A DNA stretch of 64,000 nucleotides from Candidatus Hermodarchaeota archaeon (GCA_048885535.1 JBHLLO010000008.1:1-64000), one strand, 5' to 3'. Numbered from the stretch's first letter, positions 41,806 to 52,682 are shown. Made by a program: numbers and translations. Notes: generated from the letters alone by a model not told the origin.

Positions 41806-42729
41806 ATGGCTGACTTTAATGAAGAATTGAATCTAGCTACTTATCTTGTGAATGTTGCTACTTTGATTACAGATTGGTTCAGAAATGAAGGTTTTGAATC
41901 ATTTCAAAAAGATGATAACACTCCAGTAACTTTGGCTGATTATGCTTCTCAACTCTTTATTATAAATGAGTTAAAAGAAAAATTTCCAAAAGATCAAATC
42001 ATTGCTGAAGAAAAGTTTAATACTTATCTTAATAAAAACACTCAAGATGCAATTAGGAAATGCTATGAATCATTAGGCTTAGATTTTATTGAAGATGTAA
42101 AAGAAATCTTAAATTATAGAGGTTCTTTATCTTCAAGACAGTGGACAATCGATCCCATTGACGGAACTAAAGGCTTTCAAGAAAATCTAACTTATGCAGT
42201 CGGAATAGGCTTTATGCTCAAATCAGAACTATGTGCAGCGGTTATAGGGGTTCCAAGTTACAGTAAGTCTGGGAAAGCGATTTTTATTGCTGAGAAAGAT
42301 CAAGGAACAAAAGCATCATATGGAAATGGAAATTTCGTATCTGTGTGTGTAAGTAAAGAAGAAAACATTGAATCTGCTAGAATGTGTCGCTCCTTACATT
42401 ATGATAAACCATGGGTTGATGATTTTGCTTATTTAGCTAAAATAAAAAGATTCTTTCAAATTGATAGCATGGCTAAATTTTGTATGGTTGCTGATGGTAC
42501 AGCTGATTTGTACATCAAACCTTTAGATAAAAATAGATCATATTCATGGGATTTTTTACCAGGTACATTAATAGTCGAGGAAGCGGGGGGAATTGTATCT
42601 GATTTAAAAGGTAAGAATGTAATATTTAAAAATGAAAAATGTTTAGCAAATAATCCCGGACTTATAGCTTCTAATGGGATATTACATGAAGAAATATTAA
42701 TCCTTCTTAGAGAGATCAATTTTTATTAA
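41806..42729 (+). CDS. Inositol monophosphatase family, 3'(2'),5'-bisphosphate nucleotidase-like
   Basis: PVTLADY, AEE, WTIDPIDGTKGF, DSMAKF, WD, EAGG. Confidence 0.88.
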   Translation: MADFNEELNLATYLVNVATLITDWFRNEGFESFQKDDNTPVTLADYASQLFIINELKEKFPKDQIIAEEKFNTYLNKNTQDAIRKCYESLGLDFIEDVKEILNYRGSLSSRQWTIDPIDGTKGFQENLTYAVGIGFMLKSELCAAVIGVPSYSKSGKAIFIAEKDQGTKASYGNGNFVSVCVSKEENIESARMCRSLHYDKPWVDDFAYLAKIKRFFQIDSMAKFCMVADGTADLYIKPLDKNRSYSWDFLPGTLIVEEAGGIVSDLKGKNVIFKNEKCLANNPGLIASNGILHEEILILLREINFY

Positions 42730-42740
42730 ATCTTCCAAAC

Positions 42741-43823
42741 CTAAGTATAGTTAAATAAATTTACCTGTTTACCATTAGGGTTCTTTATTAAATTGGATAA
42801 TTTAATCCCAACTAATCTAACTTTTTTATTCTTCTTAATAAATTCATTTAATAATTCAATAATGATTTTCAAAACAAAATTTTCGTTTCTTATAGGATAA
42901 GAAAAAGATTTTGAACGGGTAAACGTTAAAAACCCCTCTAATCGTATTTTCAATGTCATTGTTCTATAGAAAATGTTATCTTTATCTAACGATTTATGAA
43001 TTTTACTATTAATTTCATCTAATTTGGAAAGGATTAATTTAAAATCATTAGTATCCTCTAAAAAGGTCCTTTCTTTACTAATTGATTTACGGTCTTCATA
43101 AAATTCTTTTACTTCCCGATTATCAAGACCATGCACAATTTTCCAAATCCATTCTCCATACTTTCCAAATTTTTTTTTCATTGTAATTTGAGGTGTTTTT
43201 ATAATATCCCCAATAGAATAGATACCTTTTTTATTGTAATAGATTTTATTTTTTTTTCCTATTCCTGGAATACGAGTAATATCTAAATCCTTTAAAAAAG
43301 ATAAAATATTATATGGCTCAATAACGGTAACTCCATTTGGTTTTTTAAAATCTGAGGCTATTTTAGCAATAGATTTTGTTGGAGCAATACCTATAGACAG
43401 AGTAATTCCAACTTTATCCATTATCTCTTTCTTCAATTTTTCTGCATATTCTCCAGCTTCAACATAGTCATTACATATGGTACTAATATCTAAGTATGCC
43501 TCATCAATTCCAACTTGTTGAAAAACTGGAGAATATTGTTTAATAAGCTCCATTACATCTTCAGAAACTTTACTATATTTATTTTTACTTGGATATATAT
43601 ATATTCCATGAGGACATAATTGATATGCTTTTGAAATTGGCATTGCTGAATGTAAGCCATATTTTCTTGCCTCATAATTACAAGTACTAACTACACCTCT
43701 ACCCTTTCCACCTTTAGGATCAGCCCCTATAATAACTGGCTTTCCCTTTAAATTTGGATTTTCTTGTTCTTCAACAGCAGCAAAAAAGCAATCTAGGTCA
43801 CAATGTAGTATAATTCGACTCAT
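42741..43823 (-). CDS. dinB: Y-family DNA polymerase IV
   Basis: HCDLDCFFAAVE, CNYEARKYG, IDEAYLD, AKIASDFKKPNG. Confidence 0.95.
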   Translation of the reverse strand: MSRIILHCDLDCFFAAVEEQENPNLKGKPVIIGADPKGGKGRGVVSTCNYEARKYGLHSAMPISKAYQLCPHGIYIYPSKNKYSKVSEDVMELIKQYSPVFQQVGIDEAYLDISTICNDYVEAGEYAEKLKKEIMDKVGITLSIGIAPTKSIAKIASDFKKPNGVTVIEPYNILSFLKDLDITRIPGIGKKNKIYYNKKGIYSIGDIIKTPQITMKKKFGKYGEWIWKIVHGLDNREVKEFYEDRKSISKERTFLEDTNDFKLILSKLDEINSKIHKSLDKDNIFYRTMTLKIRLEGFLTFTRSKSFSYPIRNENFVLKIIIELLNEFIKKNKKVRLVGIKLSNLIKNPNGKQVNLFNYT

Positions 43824-43975
43824 TTTAATAAAAAAACCTAGGGTTAATATCAAATATGGTCTTAATATTTTTGTTATTTACAATCAATATAAAAAAAAAG
43901 ACTTCTAGAGTTTTTAATAATTAATCTGAAATAATAACCGAGTATCTTTTTAATTAATTTTTAATTCATTAATAT

Positions 43976-44653
43976 ATGTCAAAAGAAAAAGAACCTTTTT
44001 ACCGAACTGAAGTTCTTTGGGGTGCTAAAGCAATATATGAAAGAAATTTAGTAGATTTTGGAGAAGGTAATGTGAGCGTGAGAAATGCTAAGGAGGAAGA
44101 ATTGTTTATCACGCCCTCCTTTAATAATTATGAAACGTTAATAGACGATCAAATTGTACATGTGAATTTTGATGGGACTGCTATGAGTAAAGGGAAATTA
44201 CCTTCAACCGAAGTAAAAATGCATATAATGATTTATCAATCTCGACCTAAAGTTCATGCCATAATTCACACTCATTCTCCATACGCAACAATGCTCTCAG
44301 TAAATCAAATGAGTATTCCTACAATAATGGAAGAACAAATCGTGTTTTTAGGTGGTTCAATTGATGTATCTCCATTTGGAGAAGCCCATACAGAAGAAAT
44401 TGGCCAGAGCGCCCTTAAGGCATTAGGTAAAAAAAATGCGGCTCTATTGGCTAACCACGGGGTAATCGTTTGCGGAAAATCAATTGAACATGCTGTAAAG
44501 TTTGCCGAATTGGTTGAAAAATTAGCAAAGATTTACTGGGGTTCTTTACAAATAGGGAAACCTAATATAATCTCTGAAAACCATAGTGTAAAATTTAATA
44601 AGTTGTTTGAAAGTTTATTTGCTAGTTATTCACGTATCAAACGAAAAAAGTGA
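43976..44653 (+). CDS. Class II aldolase/adducin family (FucA-like)
   Basis: EGNVS, ITPS, PSTEVKMH, HTHS, NHG. Confidence 0.88.
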   Translation: MSKEKEPFYRTEVLWGAKAIYERNLVDFGEGNVSVRNAKEEELFITPSFNNYETLIDDQIVHVNFDGTAMSKGKLPSTEVKMHIMIYQSRPKVHAIIHTHSPYATMLSVNQMSIPTIMEEQIVFLGGSIDVSPFGEAHTEEIGQSALKALGKKNAALLANHGVIVCGKSIEHAVKFAELVEKLAKIYWGSLQIGKPNIISENHSVKFNKLFESLFASYSRIKRKK

Positions 44654-44666
44654 AAAAAACATTATC

Positions 44667-45488
44667 ATGGAATTAGGGATAAGCAGTTTAGGATTTATAA
44701 TCGAAATGGGGTTATCAAAAGGATATCAAAATGTTTTTGATTTATTATATCGCTCTACTGAAGCATGTTTGACTATTGCTGAGGAGAAGGATTTAAATCT
44801 TGTAGAATTAGTAATAGACCCTCCAGATATTGAAAATGATGAAAAAAGAGCGTTATTTATTGATTTAGTTAATTCCTATTCTATTAGAAAACAAGTCCAT
44901 GGGCCGTTTGTAGATGTAAACCTCTGTTCCTATAATTCTGGGATCTCAAAAGCTTCAGTCGATATATATAAGGATACAGCTAAATTATGTGAGGAAATAA
45001 GTGTAAAGATAATGACAATTCATCCCGGTTTAGCTAATTTTTTGATAAAAGATTACAATAAGCAACAATTAAAACATGCTATTGATCAATTACTTAATTT
45101 TATATCAAAATATAATCTGATAATTTGCTTAGAAAATATGACTCAAAAAGCAGGAATTATGTTAGATGAATATAATATAGAAGAGATTTTTTCGTTTATC
45201 AATAATGAGTCTCTCTTTTTAACATATGACACCAGTCATTTTTATACTACCAATGGTGATATTGAACGTTTATGGGATAAATTTCACAATAAAATTAAAA
45301 ATGTGCATTTAGTTGACAATTTTACAACAGAATCAGATACTCATCCTGTATTAGGAACAGGAAAAATCAATTTTAAATTATTATTTAATATAATGAAAAA
45401 GTATTATTATAAAGGTCCTTTGATTATAGAATTATCTTCTGGGAAAGATTTAGATAAGAGTTTAAATTTTATCAATAGATTTCTTTAA
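44667..45488 (+). CDS. Sugar phosphate isomerase/epimerase (xylose isomerase-like TIM barrel)
   Basis: VHGPFVDVNL, IHPG, LENM, YDTSH, HLVDN, GTGKINF, IIE. Confidence 0.85.
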   Translation: MELGISSLGFIIEMGLSKGYQNVFDLLYRSTEACLTIAEEKDLNLVELVIDPPDIENDEKRALFIDLVNSYSIRKQVHGPFVDVNLCSYNSGISKASVDIYKDTAKLCEEISVKIMTIHPGLANFLIKDYNKQQLKHAIDQLLNFISKYNLIICLENMTQKAGIMLDEYNIEEIFSFINNESLFLTYDTSHFYTTNGDIERLWDKFHNKIKNVHLVDNFTTESDTHPVLGTGKINFKLLFNIMKKYYYKGPLIIELSSGKDLDKSLNFINRFL

Positions 45489-45538
45489 ATTATTTAATGG
45501 GATCTTATAGTTAAAGTTATAATTGAGTTGAAATTAAT

Positions 45539-45931
45539 ATGAAAATTATTTCATTACAAATTAGTGAAGATTTATTACGTCGATTTGAAGAACTTCGGAT
45601 TCAAAGTGGATTTAGTTCAAAAAGTGAGGCTCTTCGAGATGCAATTGTTAAATTCATTGAAAAAAATGAAGTATTTGAAAACATGACGGGATATAAAATT
45701 ATGATTATTAATTTAGTTTATCCCTTTAAAGATCTCATCGCTGATGAAGTCTCTGAAATTTATAATCGCTACCATTCAATAATAAAAGCAATAACAGATT
45801 GGAGAATAGCTGAAAAAAAAATAGAAGTCATTATAGCGGTCGGAGACGTTCTCAATATTAAAGATTTATACAATAGTGTTGCAAAGATAAAAGATGTAAT
45901 CTGTTCCATCCATGAAGTTATCATAGATTAA
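45539..45931 (+). CDS. CopG/NikR-like ribbon-helix-helix regulator
   Basis: IISLQISEDLL...GFSSKSEALRDAI RHH plus ACT-like C domain. Confidence 0.82.
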   Translation: MKIISLQISEDLLRRFEELRIQSGFSSKSEALRDAIVKFIEKNEVFENMTGYKIMIINLVYPFKDLIADEVSEIYNRYHSIIKAITDWRIAEKKIEVIIAVGDVLNIKDLYNSVAKIKDVICSIHEVIID

Positions 45932-45939
45932 TTCCAAAT

Positions 45940-46794
45940 TCAATCTAAACGTAGTGATAAGTCTACTTGTTTGAATGGCGCTTGTGTTAAATTACCTATA
46001 CTAATAATATCTGGTTCTGCAATTATATAATCAACAATATTGTCCTTATTGATACCACCTGATACCTCAATTATCACTTTATCACGTAAATTATTATTTC
46101 TTAAGATATTAATAGCATCTTCAACTTGGTCAGGAGTCATATTATCAAGCATTATGATATCGGCTCCATTACGAGCAGCAATTAAAACGTCTTCAAGATT
46201 TTCTAATTCAATCTCAATTTTTCTTGTAAAACTTGCTTCTTTCTTAACATCTGCTAGTAATTTTTTAACGTCTTTATTATAATGTTTTAAATGTGTATCT
46301 TTTAGTAATATCATATCGTCTAATGAGAAGCGATGTGGGTCTCCTCCTCCTAAAATGACTGCTTTTTTTTCAAATATTCGAAGTCCAGGAAGAGTTTTTC
46401 TTGTGGCAGCAATTTTCACATTCTTTCCAGACGTCTTTACAATATCTACAAACTCTCTGGTGGTTGTAGTAATAGCAGACATATGTGAAACTAAATTTAA
46501 TCCAACTCGTTCTCCAATTAAAATATCTCTAGTATTCCCTCTTAACTCCAGAATAATCTCATCTTTAGTAAATTGATCTCCATCTTTTTTTTTAAAGATT
46601 GTATCAACTCCCAATATTGTAAAAAGAATAGCGAGTTCTTCTAATCCAGAAATAAAACCATCACTCTTTGCTACAATTTTCGCAGAAGATTTTGAATCAA
46701 ATGGAATAAAATGAGATGATATATCAGAAAAGCTACAATCTTCTTCAAGAAATTCTCGTATTTTTCTTTCAATAATTAATTTATTGAAACTCAT
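45940..46794 (-). CDS. nadC: Quinolinate phosphoribosyltransferase
   Basis: TRKTLPG, HRFSLDD, LKDTH, IMLDN, SGGI. Confidence 0.95.
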   Translation of the reverse strand: MSFNKLIIERKIREFLEEDCSFSDISSHFIPFDSKSSAKIVAKSDGFISGLEELAILFTILGVDTIFKKKDGDQFTKDEIILELRGNTRDILIGERVGLNLVSHMSAITTTTREFVDIVKTSGKNVKIAATRKTLPGLRIFEKKAVILGGGDPHRFSLDDMILLKDTHLKHYNKDVKKLLADVKKEASFTRKIEIELENLEDVLIAARNGADIIMLDNMTPDQVEDAINILRNNNLRDKVIIEVSGGINKDNIVDYIIAEPDIISIGNLTQAPFKQVDLSLRLD

Positions 46795-46852
46795 TTTTAA
46801 GTGAGATATGCTTTATAGTATAATTATTATAATATAAACCTTAAATAAAATT

Positions 46853-47491
46853 ATGGTAAAAACAGAACTAATCCTTATCCAGACTAACCAAATTAAACTT
46901 GAAGCAGAATATTTTCATTCAAATAAAAATCGAGTAAATACAACAGTATTAATAACTCATCCGCATCCTCAATTTGGTGGGGATATGCGTAATAATGTTG
47001 TAAGTGGGATATTTAATATGCTCATTCAAGAGGATATTTCGTGTTTAAGGTTCAATTTTAGAGGTGTTGGGAGATCAACTGGACATCATACAGATGGTAC
47101 TGGTGAATTAAATGATGTTAAAGCCAATATTAACTATCTTCTAGATGAAAGAGGATGTGAAAAGCTATTCTTATGTGGATATTCTTATGGAGCAGCAATT
47201 GGGTGTTCTATGGTAAATTATTCTGACAAAATTATTGGTTATGCAGCAGTTTCCTTCCCGTGGGATTTTATGGGGGAGAAGTATAAAAAATTATCTTATT
47301 CCCTTAAACCAAAATTGTTTATACAAGGAGATAATGATAGTATAGCCACTTTTGATAGATTTAAAGCCCATTTTAATGATTATCAAGAACCTAAAGATAG
47401 TATAATCATAAGAGGAGCAGATCACTTTTATTGGGGTTATGAGTCTCAAGTAGCTGAACAAGTTTTAAAGTTTTTAATCTCATTGGTTTAA
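46853..47491 (+). CDS. Alpha/beta hydrolase
   Basis: HPHPQFGGDM, RFNFRGVGRS, GYSYGA, ADHF. Confidence 0.9.
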   Translation: MVKTELILIQTNQIKLEAEYFHSNKNRVNTTVLITHPHPQFGGDMRNNVVSGIFNMLIQEDISCLRFNFRGVGRSTGHHTDGTGELNDVKANINYLLDERGCEKLFLCGYSYGAAIGCSMVNYSDKIIGYAAVSFPWDFMGEKYKKLSYSLKPKLFIQGDNDSIATFDRFKAHFNDYQEPKDSIIIRGADHFYWGYESQVAEQVLKFLISLV

Positions 47492-47520
47492 AATAATTCT
47501 GTTAAACCAAATCTAAAATA

Positions 47521-47919
47521 TTATATCGATGAGAGCTTTTCAAGGTCATCTCGGCTATTTTCTTCTGCCCAGTCTAAAAGTTGGTCGTAGTATTTTTCGA
47601 TATCTTCAGATTCTGGTACTTTTGAAAGGACAGCTAAAAGAAATTGAGTTTTTTGGTCAGTCATTATTATATTTCTACAAACAATAAAATCCTCTGAATA
47701 TTTTATTTTCATGCTTGTAAGTTGAGATAAATCTAATTCTTCTGATGCTTTATAAGCTGAATCGCTCAATAATGAACCCATGGCGGCAATCACTCTTTCA
47801 TCTACATCATCAGCTTTTTGTGAAGCCAAAACTAACCCTGTTGATGTAGAAAATAAGGATGCTCTAAAATTACCATTATCATTTAATTCTTTCAAGACCA
47901 TTTCTAATCTACTGACCAT
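47521..47919 (-). CDS. Roadblock/LC7-domain protein
   Basis: ASLFSTSTGLVLAS, VDERVIAAMGS...ASEEL pattern. Confidence 0.78.
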   Translation of the reverse strand: MVSRLEMVLKELNDNGNFRASLFSTSTGLVLASQKADDVDERVIAAMGSLLSDSAYKASEELDLSQLTSMKIKYSEDFIVCRNIIMTDQKTQFLLAVLSKVPESEDIEKYYDQLLDWAEENSRDDLEKLSSI

Positions 47920-48008
47920 GATATCACGAAGTTTTATTTTAAAATTGTTCTCGCGTTTTATATTATGTATATTAAATATGAAGATTCTTTTATTTAATAT
48001 TTACTTAT

Positions 48009-48530
48009 TTATATATTTAGATTAACTAAAAAAGTTGTTAGTATCTCATCCTTATCTATGCTTAAAGTTATAACACTGGGTCTTGCTACTGGCTTTTTAA
48101 AACCTTTTTTCTGAGGAGGTGCCTTTGGTTGAGTAGGACTTCCAGGATTAATTAATAAAGTGTTATATGGTGTACCTTTAATTAAGGGTTGATGAGTGTG
48201 ACCAAATATTAAGATATTTAAATCATTTTTTTTAAAAAAAGCTTCTAAATTATCAGGTTGTTGATGAATTACTCCAATATTATACCTACCTATTGAAAAT
48301 TTGATAAAATTAGGGAGATTATTAATTTTATCTTCATTTCCGTGAACACACTTAGTTGGTGCTATTTTATTTAATTCTTTTAGAAAATCTTCATTACAAA
48401 CGTCTCCAGCATGAATTATTTCATCTACATCACTAAAAGCTTTCCTCAATTGATCAAGTAAAGTTTTTACTAGAATGGGATTAGTATCTGAAATAAAATG
48501 AGTGTCTGCTATAATCCCAAATTTAACCAT
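48009..48530 (-). CDS. YfcE/Vps29-family metallophosphoesterase
   Basis: ADTH, HAGD, GNED, FGHTH, NPGS. Confidence 0.9.
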   Translation of the reverse strand: MVKFGIIADTHFISDTNPILVKTLLDQLRKAFSDVDEIIHAGDVCNEDFLKELNKIAPTKCVHGNEDKINNLPNFIKFSIGRYNIGVIHQQPDNLEAFFKKNDLNILIFGHTHQPLIKGTPYNTLLINPGSPTQPKAPPQKKGFKKPVARPSVITLSIDKDEILTTFLVNLNI

Positions 48531-48540
48531 AATAACCTTG

Positions 48541-49611
48541 CTATATTAAAATAATTCCAATCATATAAATTATTAATCCAAAAAGAAAGTCAGTAAAAAT
48601 TCTAAAGATTTTATGAGATGTTTTCTCTTTTTTAGATACATCATTTTTAAAATATGCACCAAATTCTCTTAAACCGATGGTTAAACCTTCTTTAATTCGA
48701 GGAAATTGCCAAATAAGAAGTACTATACTTATTGTTAATAATGGACAGTATAAATAAAATGAAAAAGGAAAGAAGCTGTTTCCTTGCAAATAATTCCAAA
48801 TAATTTGGGTGGTTATAATGTTATTAAAAGCATGGGCGAATATTGCAGGAAATAACCATCTTCTTCTTATCACTAGCATCGCAAGAATAATTCCAACAAA
48901 AAAGCTCTGCAGAAACCAAATTATTGGAAAAATTATAGGAAGAACTATTGTATATGACGTAACTATATACGCAAAGTGCTGTAGTCCAAAAAAAAAGGAA
49001 GATATTATTACTGCTGACATATTATGAACATAATCACTCCCTCTATTGGCTAAAAATCCACGAGTTAATGATTCTTCATATATTGAAACACTACTCTGAA
49101 TAATTAATGTAGAGATAATAAAATAAAAATAATCCTCTAAAAGATAAGAGTTCAAGGATCCTGGGGAATAAACATCCAGAGCAATAGAAAAATACTCTAA
49201 CATATTTGGAAAAAATAAATACGTAAAAAAGTCTAACGGTATAAAAACTAAAAATAATAAAAGAACACCATACAAAAATTGATACTTATAATTTCTCTCA
49301 GGAATTCTCAATAAATCTATGAAATTCTTTGAAGGGCTGATATCCTCTTTTAATATTAGCTTTCTCTTTTGAGATTGTAAAGCAAAATTAGAAACAATCA
49401 GGGAAACAGGAATTGCCGCTAAAATGATGAAAGCTCTGAATAAAAAGTATAAAGGTTCATAAGGTCTTGAAGTTGGATCTACAAGCAAATTAGGTATAAA
49501 TGTAGGTATTAACAAAAATAAAAAAACACCTAAAAAAATAATGAGGATTTCAAGAAGGAAGTAAAGTCTTTGTCTAAATATTAATTTTATTGAGCTCCTT
49601 AGTTTTGCCAT
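48541..49611 (-). CDS. CPBP (CAAX protease/Abi) intramembrane protease
   Basis: EESLTRG, FFGLQH, AHAFNN; multiple TM segments. Confidence 0.88.
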   Translation of the reverse strand: MAKLRSSIKLIFRQRLYFLLEILIIFLGVFLFLLIPTFIPNLLVDPTSRPYEPLYFLFRAFIILAAIPVSLIVSNFALQSQKRKLILKEDISPSKNFIDLLRIPERNYKYQFLYGVLLLFLVFIPLDFFTYLFFPNMLEYFSIALDVYSPGSLNSYLLEDYFYFIISTLIIQSSVSIYEESLTRGFLANRGSDYVHNMSAVIISSFFFGLQHFAYIVTSYTIVLPIIFPIIWFLQSFFVGIILAMLVIRRRWLFPAIFAHAFNNIITTQIIWNYLQGNSFFPFSFYLYCPLLTISIVLLIWQFPRIKEGLTIGLREFGAYFKNDVSKKEKTSHKIFRIFTDFLFGLIIYMIGIILI

Positions 49612-49693
49612 AAATTATCCTTGAATTTGATAATATGAATAACATAGTATTGATTTAACAAATTTTAAACTTTATTGTTTTCCCTTTTCCTAA

Positions 49694-50875
49694 TTAAACA
49701 TAATTAAAAGTTCCAAATTCAGATTTAATTACGACGCTGTTTTTATTTTGGAGGGGATTTTTCTCACAATGACCAACGACTTTACAATCTATATTATATT
49801 TCTTAATAATATTTAAAATATCTTTTGAAAATGATTCATTACAATAAATTTCCATTCTATGTCCCATATTAAAAGTTTGAAACATCTCTCTCCATTCTGT
49901 TTCAGAAGATTGTTGAATAAGCCGAAAGATTTTTGGGACTACAAATAAATTGTTTTTGCAATATCTTATACCTCTTCCAAAATTTAATACTTTCGTTTGA
50001 CCCCCCCCTGTATTATGAATTATTCCATGTATTTCACTTCTAAACTTCTTTAACACATCAATAATCGCAGGAGCATAGGTTCTTGTTGGAGAAAGAAGAG
50101 CTTCCCCTATAGTCATATTCAAATCTTCAACTTTGTCAGTTAAAAGATAATTTCCAAAAAATATGAACTTCTCTTCAATATCAGGATCAAAACACTGAGG
50201 ATATTTTTCATAATAATAATGAGAAAGTAATCCATGCCTAGCTAAAGTTAATCCGTTGCTTCCTATTCCGCTATTGTACTCACTTTCATAAGTAGCTTTC
50301 CCATAACTAGCTAAACCTATTATTACATCATCACTCTGTATATTACTTGCATCGATCACATCATCTCTTTTCATAGACGTGAAGATAGAAGCATCAACTA
50401 GCAGAGTTTTAACAATATCTCCAACATCAGCAGTTTCTCCTCCGGAAGTGATTATATGTAATCCTAGATTAGAAATTTTTTTGGAATAGGATTCATATTC
50501 ATTGATAATACTTCCAATAATTTCTCCAGAAATTAAATTACGATTCCTACTGATATTATTAGACAAGAATATATCACCTGTGGCCCCAACGCATAAAATA
50601 TCATCTATATTCATTACAATTGCATCTCTTGCTAGCCCCCTAAAAACGGATAGATCATTTGATTCTTTATAATACATATAAGCTAGAATAGATTTTGTAC
50701 CTGCTCCATCAGAATGGAAAATAGAACAATAATCTTTTCGATTATTAAAATCTCTTACAATTTTGCAGAATGCTCCTGGAAACAAACCTCTGTCAATTGA
50801 CTCTATCGCCTTATGCACATCCTCCTTTTTGGATGAAACTCCTAATTTAGAATAAATATCTTTATTATTATTCAT
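49694..50875 (-). CDS. purM: AIR synthase
   Basis: HSDGAGTK, GGETADV, SNGLTLAR, LLSPTRTY, TFNMG. Confidence 0.9.
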   Translation of the reverse strand: MNNNKDIYSKLGVSSKKEDVHKAIESIDRGLFPGAFCKIVRDFNNRKDYCSIFHSDGAGTKSILAYMYYKESNDLSVFRGLARDAIVMNIDDILCVGATGDIFLSNNISRNRNLISGEIIGSIINEYESYSKKISNLGLHIITSGGETADVGDIVKTLLVDASIFTSMKRDDVIDASNIQSDDVIIGLASYGKATYESEYNSGIGSNGLTLARHGLLSHYYYEKYPQCFDPDIEEKFIFFGNYLLTDKVEDLNMTIGEALLSPTRTYAPAIIDVLKKFRSEIHGIIHNTGGGQTKVLNFGRGIRYCKNNLFVVPKIFRLIQQSSETEWREMFQTFNMGHRMEIYCNESFSKDILNIIKKYNIDCKVVGHCEKNPLQNKNSVVIKSEFGTFNYV

Positions 50876-50876
50876 C

Positions 50877-52235
50877 TTATAAATTGAATTTTTTTTCGAG
50901 ATATGATTTTAAATTATCAATTTGTTCGACTGCTTTCCCAATATACTTATGTGGATTTAATAGTTCATTTAATTCATCTTCTCTAAATTTATCTTTAATG
51001 ATATTATTCTCAAGCAATATATTTTTAATCAAACGATTTTCTTTTTTAGATTTAATAACTGACTGCCTTAATATCTCATGTCCTTCTTGTCTTCCAATAC
51101 CTTTATCAACTAAAGCCACCATAATCCTCTCAGCTAAGCATGCCCCTTTCGTAAGGTTTAGATTTTCTTCAATTCTCTTTGCATCAAATTCAATATCTGA
51201 GAGGTTAGCTATTATCTGTTTTAACATGAAATCTAATAACACAAAATTCTCCGCAAAAGTAAATCTTTCATTTGCTGAATTTGTAATATCTCTTTCATCT
51301 TCAAGAACAATATTATCTAAAGCAGGAATTGCATTTGATTTTAAAATTCTGGCTAAACTACAGATTCTCTCAGATTTGTAGGGATTCCTTTTATGTGGCA
51401 TGGTCGAACTTCCTACTTGAGCTTCTTTGAACGGCTCAAACATCTCAGATATTTCAGTTCGTTGTAATATGCGGAATTGTGTAGCTATTTTTGCTAAAGT
51501 TTGGCCAATTAATGCAGTTAACAATATTACTTCAGCATGGCGATCTCTTTGAACAATTTGATTTGCAATAAGAACTGGACTCAACCCAAGCTCTCTCATG
51601 ACAGCTTTTTGAAGCTTAATGCCATAATCGCTAAAACTTGCCATAGTACCAACAGCTCCTGACATTTTTCCATAAGAAATTCGTTCCAATACTTCGTCTA
51701 ATCGATCAAGATGTCGATTTACTTCATATGCCCATACACCAAATCTCATACCATATGTTGTAGGTAAAGCATGTTGTCCATGTGTTCTTCCTATACAGAC
51801 TATTTCCTTAGTTTGATCCATTAATTTTACTAAGACTTTTAATAACGTTAAGAGAGAATTACGAGTATAAATAAGCGCTTCTTTTATTAGTAAAGCTGTG
51901 GCAGTATCTTCTATATCATAACTTGTTGCTCCTAGATGAATATATTTACCTGCATCACCTTCACATTGTTCTCCTAATGCCTTTACCACAGCCATCAAAT
52001 CATGATGAATTCTATCATCAATTTCCTTGACCCGCTCTAATTTAACGTAATTTAAATTTGCTTTTTTAATAATTTCATTTGCTGCGTTCTGAGGTATATT
52101 TCCAAGCTCTGCATGGATTTTCGCTAAAACAGCCTCTACTTTTAGCCACGTTTCCAATCTTTTTTCTTCTGTGAAAAGATTAGCCAATTCAGTCCGATAG
52201 CGGGTTTCAATTGGATGTATAAACTTATGGTCCAT
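50877..52235 (-). CDS. purB: Adenylosuccinate lyase
   Basis: HLGATS, GRTHGQHA, GSSTMPHKRNP. Confidence 0.96.
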   Translation of the reverse strand: MDHKFIHPIETRYRTELANLFTEEKRLETWLKVEAVLAKIHAELGNIPQNAANEIIKKANLNYVKLERVKEIDDRIHHDLMAVVKALGEQCEGDAGKYIHLGATSYDIEDTATALLIKEALIYTRNSLLTLLKVLVKLMDQTKEIVCIGRTHGQHALPTTYGMRFGVWAYEVNRHLDRLDEVLERISYGKMSGAVGTMASFSDYGIKLQKAVMRELGLSPVLIANQIVQRDRHAEVILLTALIGQTLAKIATQFRILQRTEISEMFEPFKEAQVGSSTMPHKRNPYKSERICSLARILKSNAIPALDNIVLEDERDITNSANERFTFAENFVLLDFMLKQIIANLSDIEFDAKRIEENLNLTKGACLAERIMVALVDKGIGRQEGHEILRQSVIKSKKENRLIKNILLENNIIKDKFREDELNELLNPHKYIGKAVEQIDNLKSYLEKKFNL

Positions 52236-52451
52236 TAAACTCCCTTTTCATATTATTTTTCTAATTTTATAAAAGTAAAAATGAAATATTATCTTTTTTA
52301 TTAAAAATCTGATATCCTTAACATTTAGAGTAATTTCAAGTAATGAAGTTTGCACTTCTTAATAATAAATATCTATGTATTCTATATAGCAAATTACTAA
52401 ATTTTTAACCTTATTAAAATATTAAGTTGTTACTTATTTTTTTATTTTGGA

Positions 52452-52682
52452 ATGCAAAATATTCAAAAATACTATTTCTATCGATGTTATTACTGTGGTG
52501 AATGGTATTATTGCAATAAAATTATTAAAACTAAAAAGTGTTGGAAATGTAACCACACGTTCACATTTAAGCAGTCAGCTAAATTTTCAAAAGAAGTGAA
52601 CCTTGCCCAGGCAACAAAAATCATTAAATATCTAAAAAGAAATGCAGAATGTGAAATTAATAACATCTTAACCTCAAAATAA
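52452..52682 (+). CDS. Small zinc-ribbon protein (DUF1922-like)
   Basis: RCYYCG...TKKCWKCN. Confidence 0.65.
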   Translation: MQNIQKYYFYRCYYCGEWYYCNKIIKTKKCWKCNHTFTFKQSAKFSKEVNLAQATKIIKYLKRNAECEINNILTSK

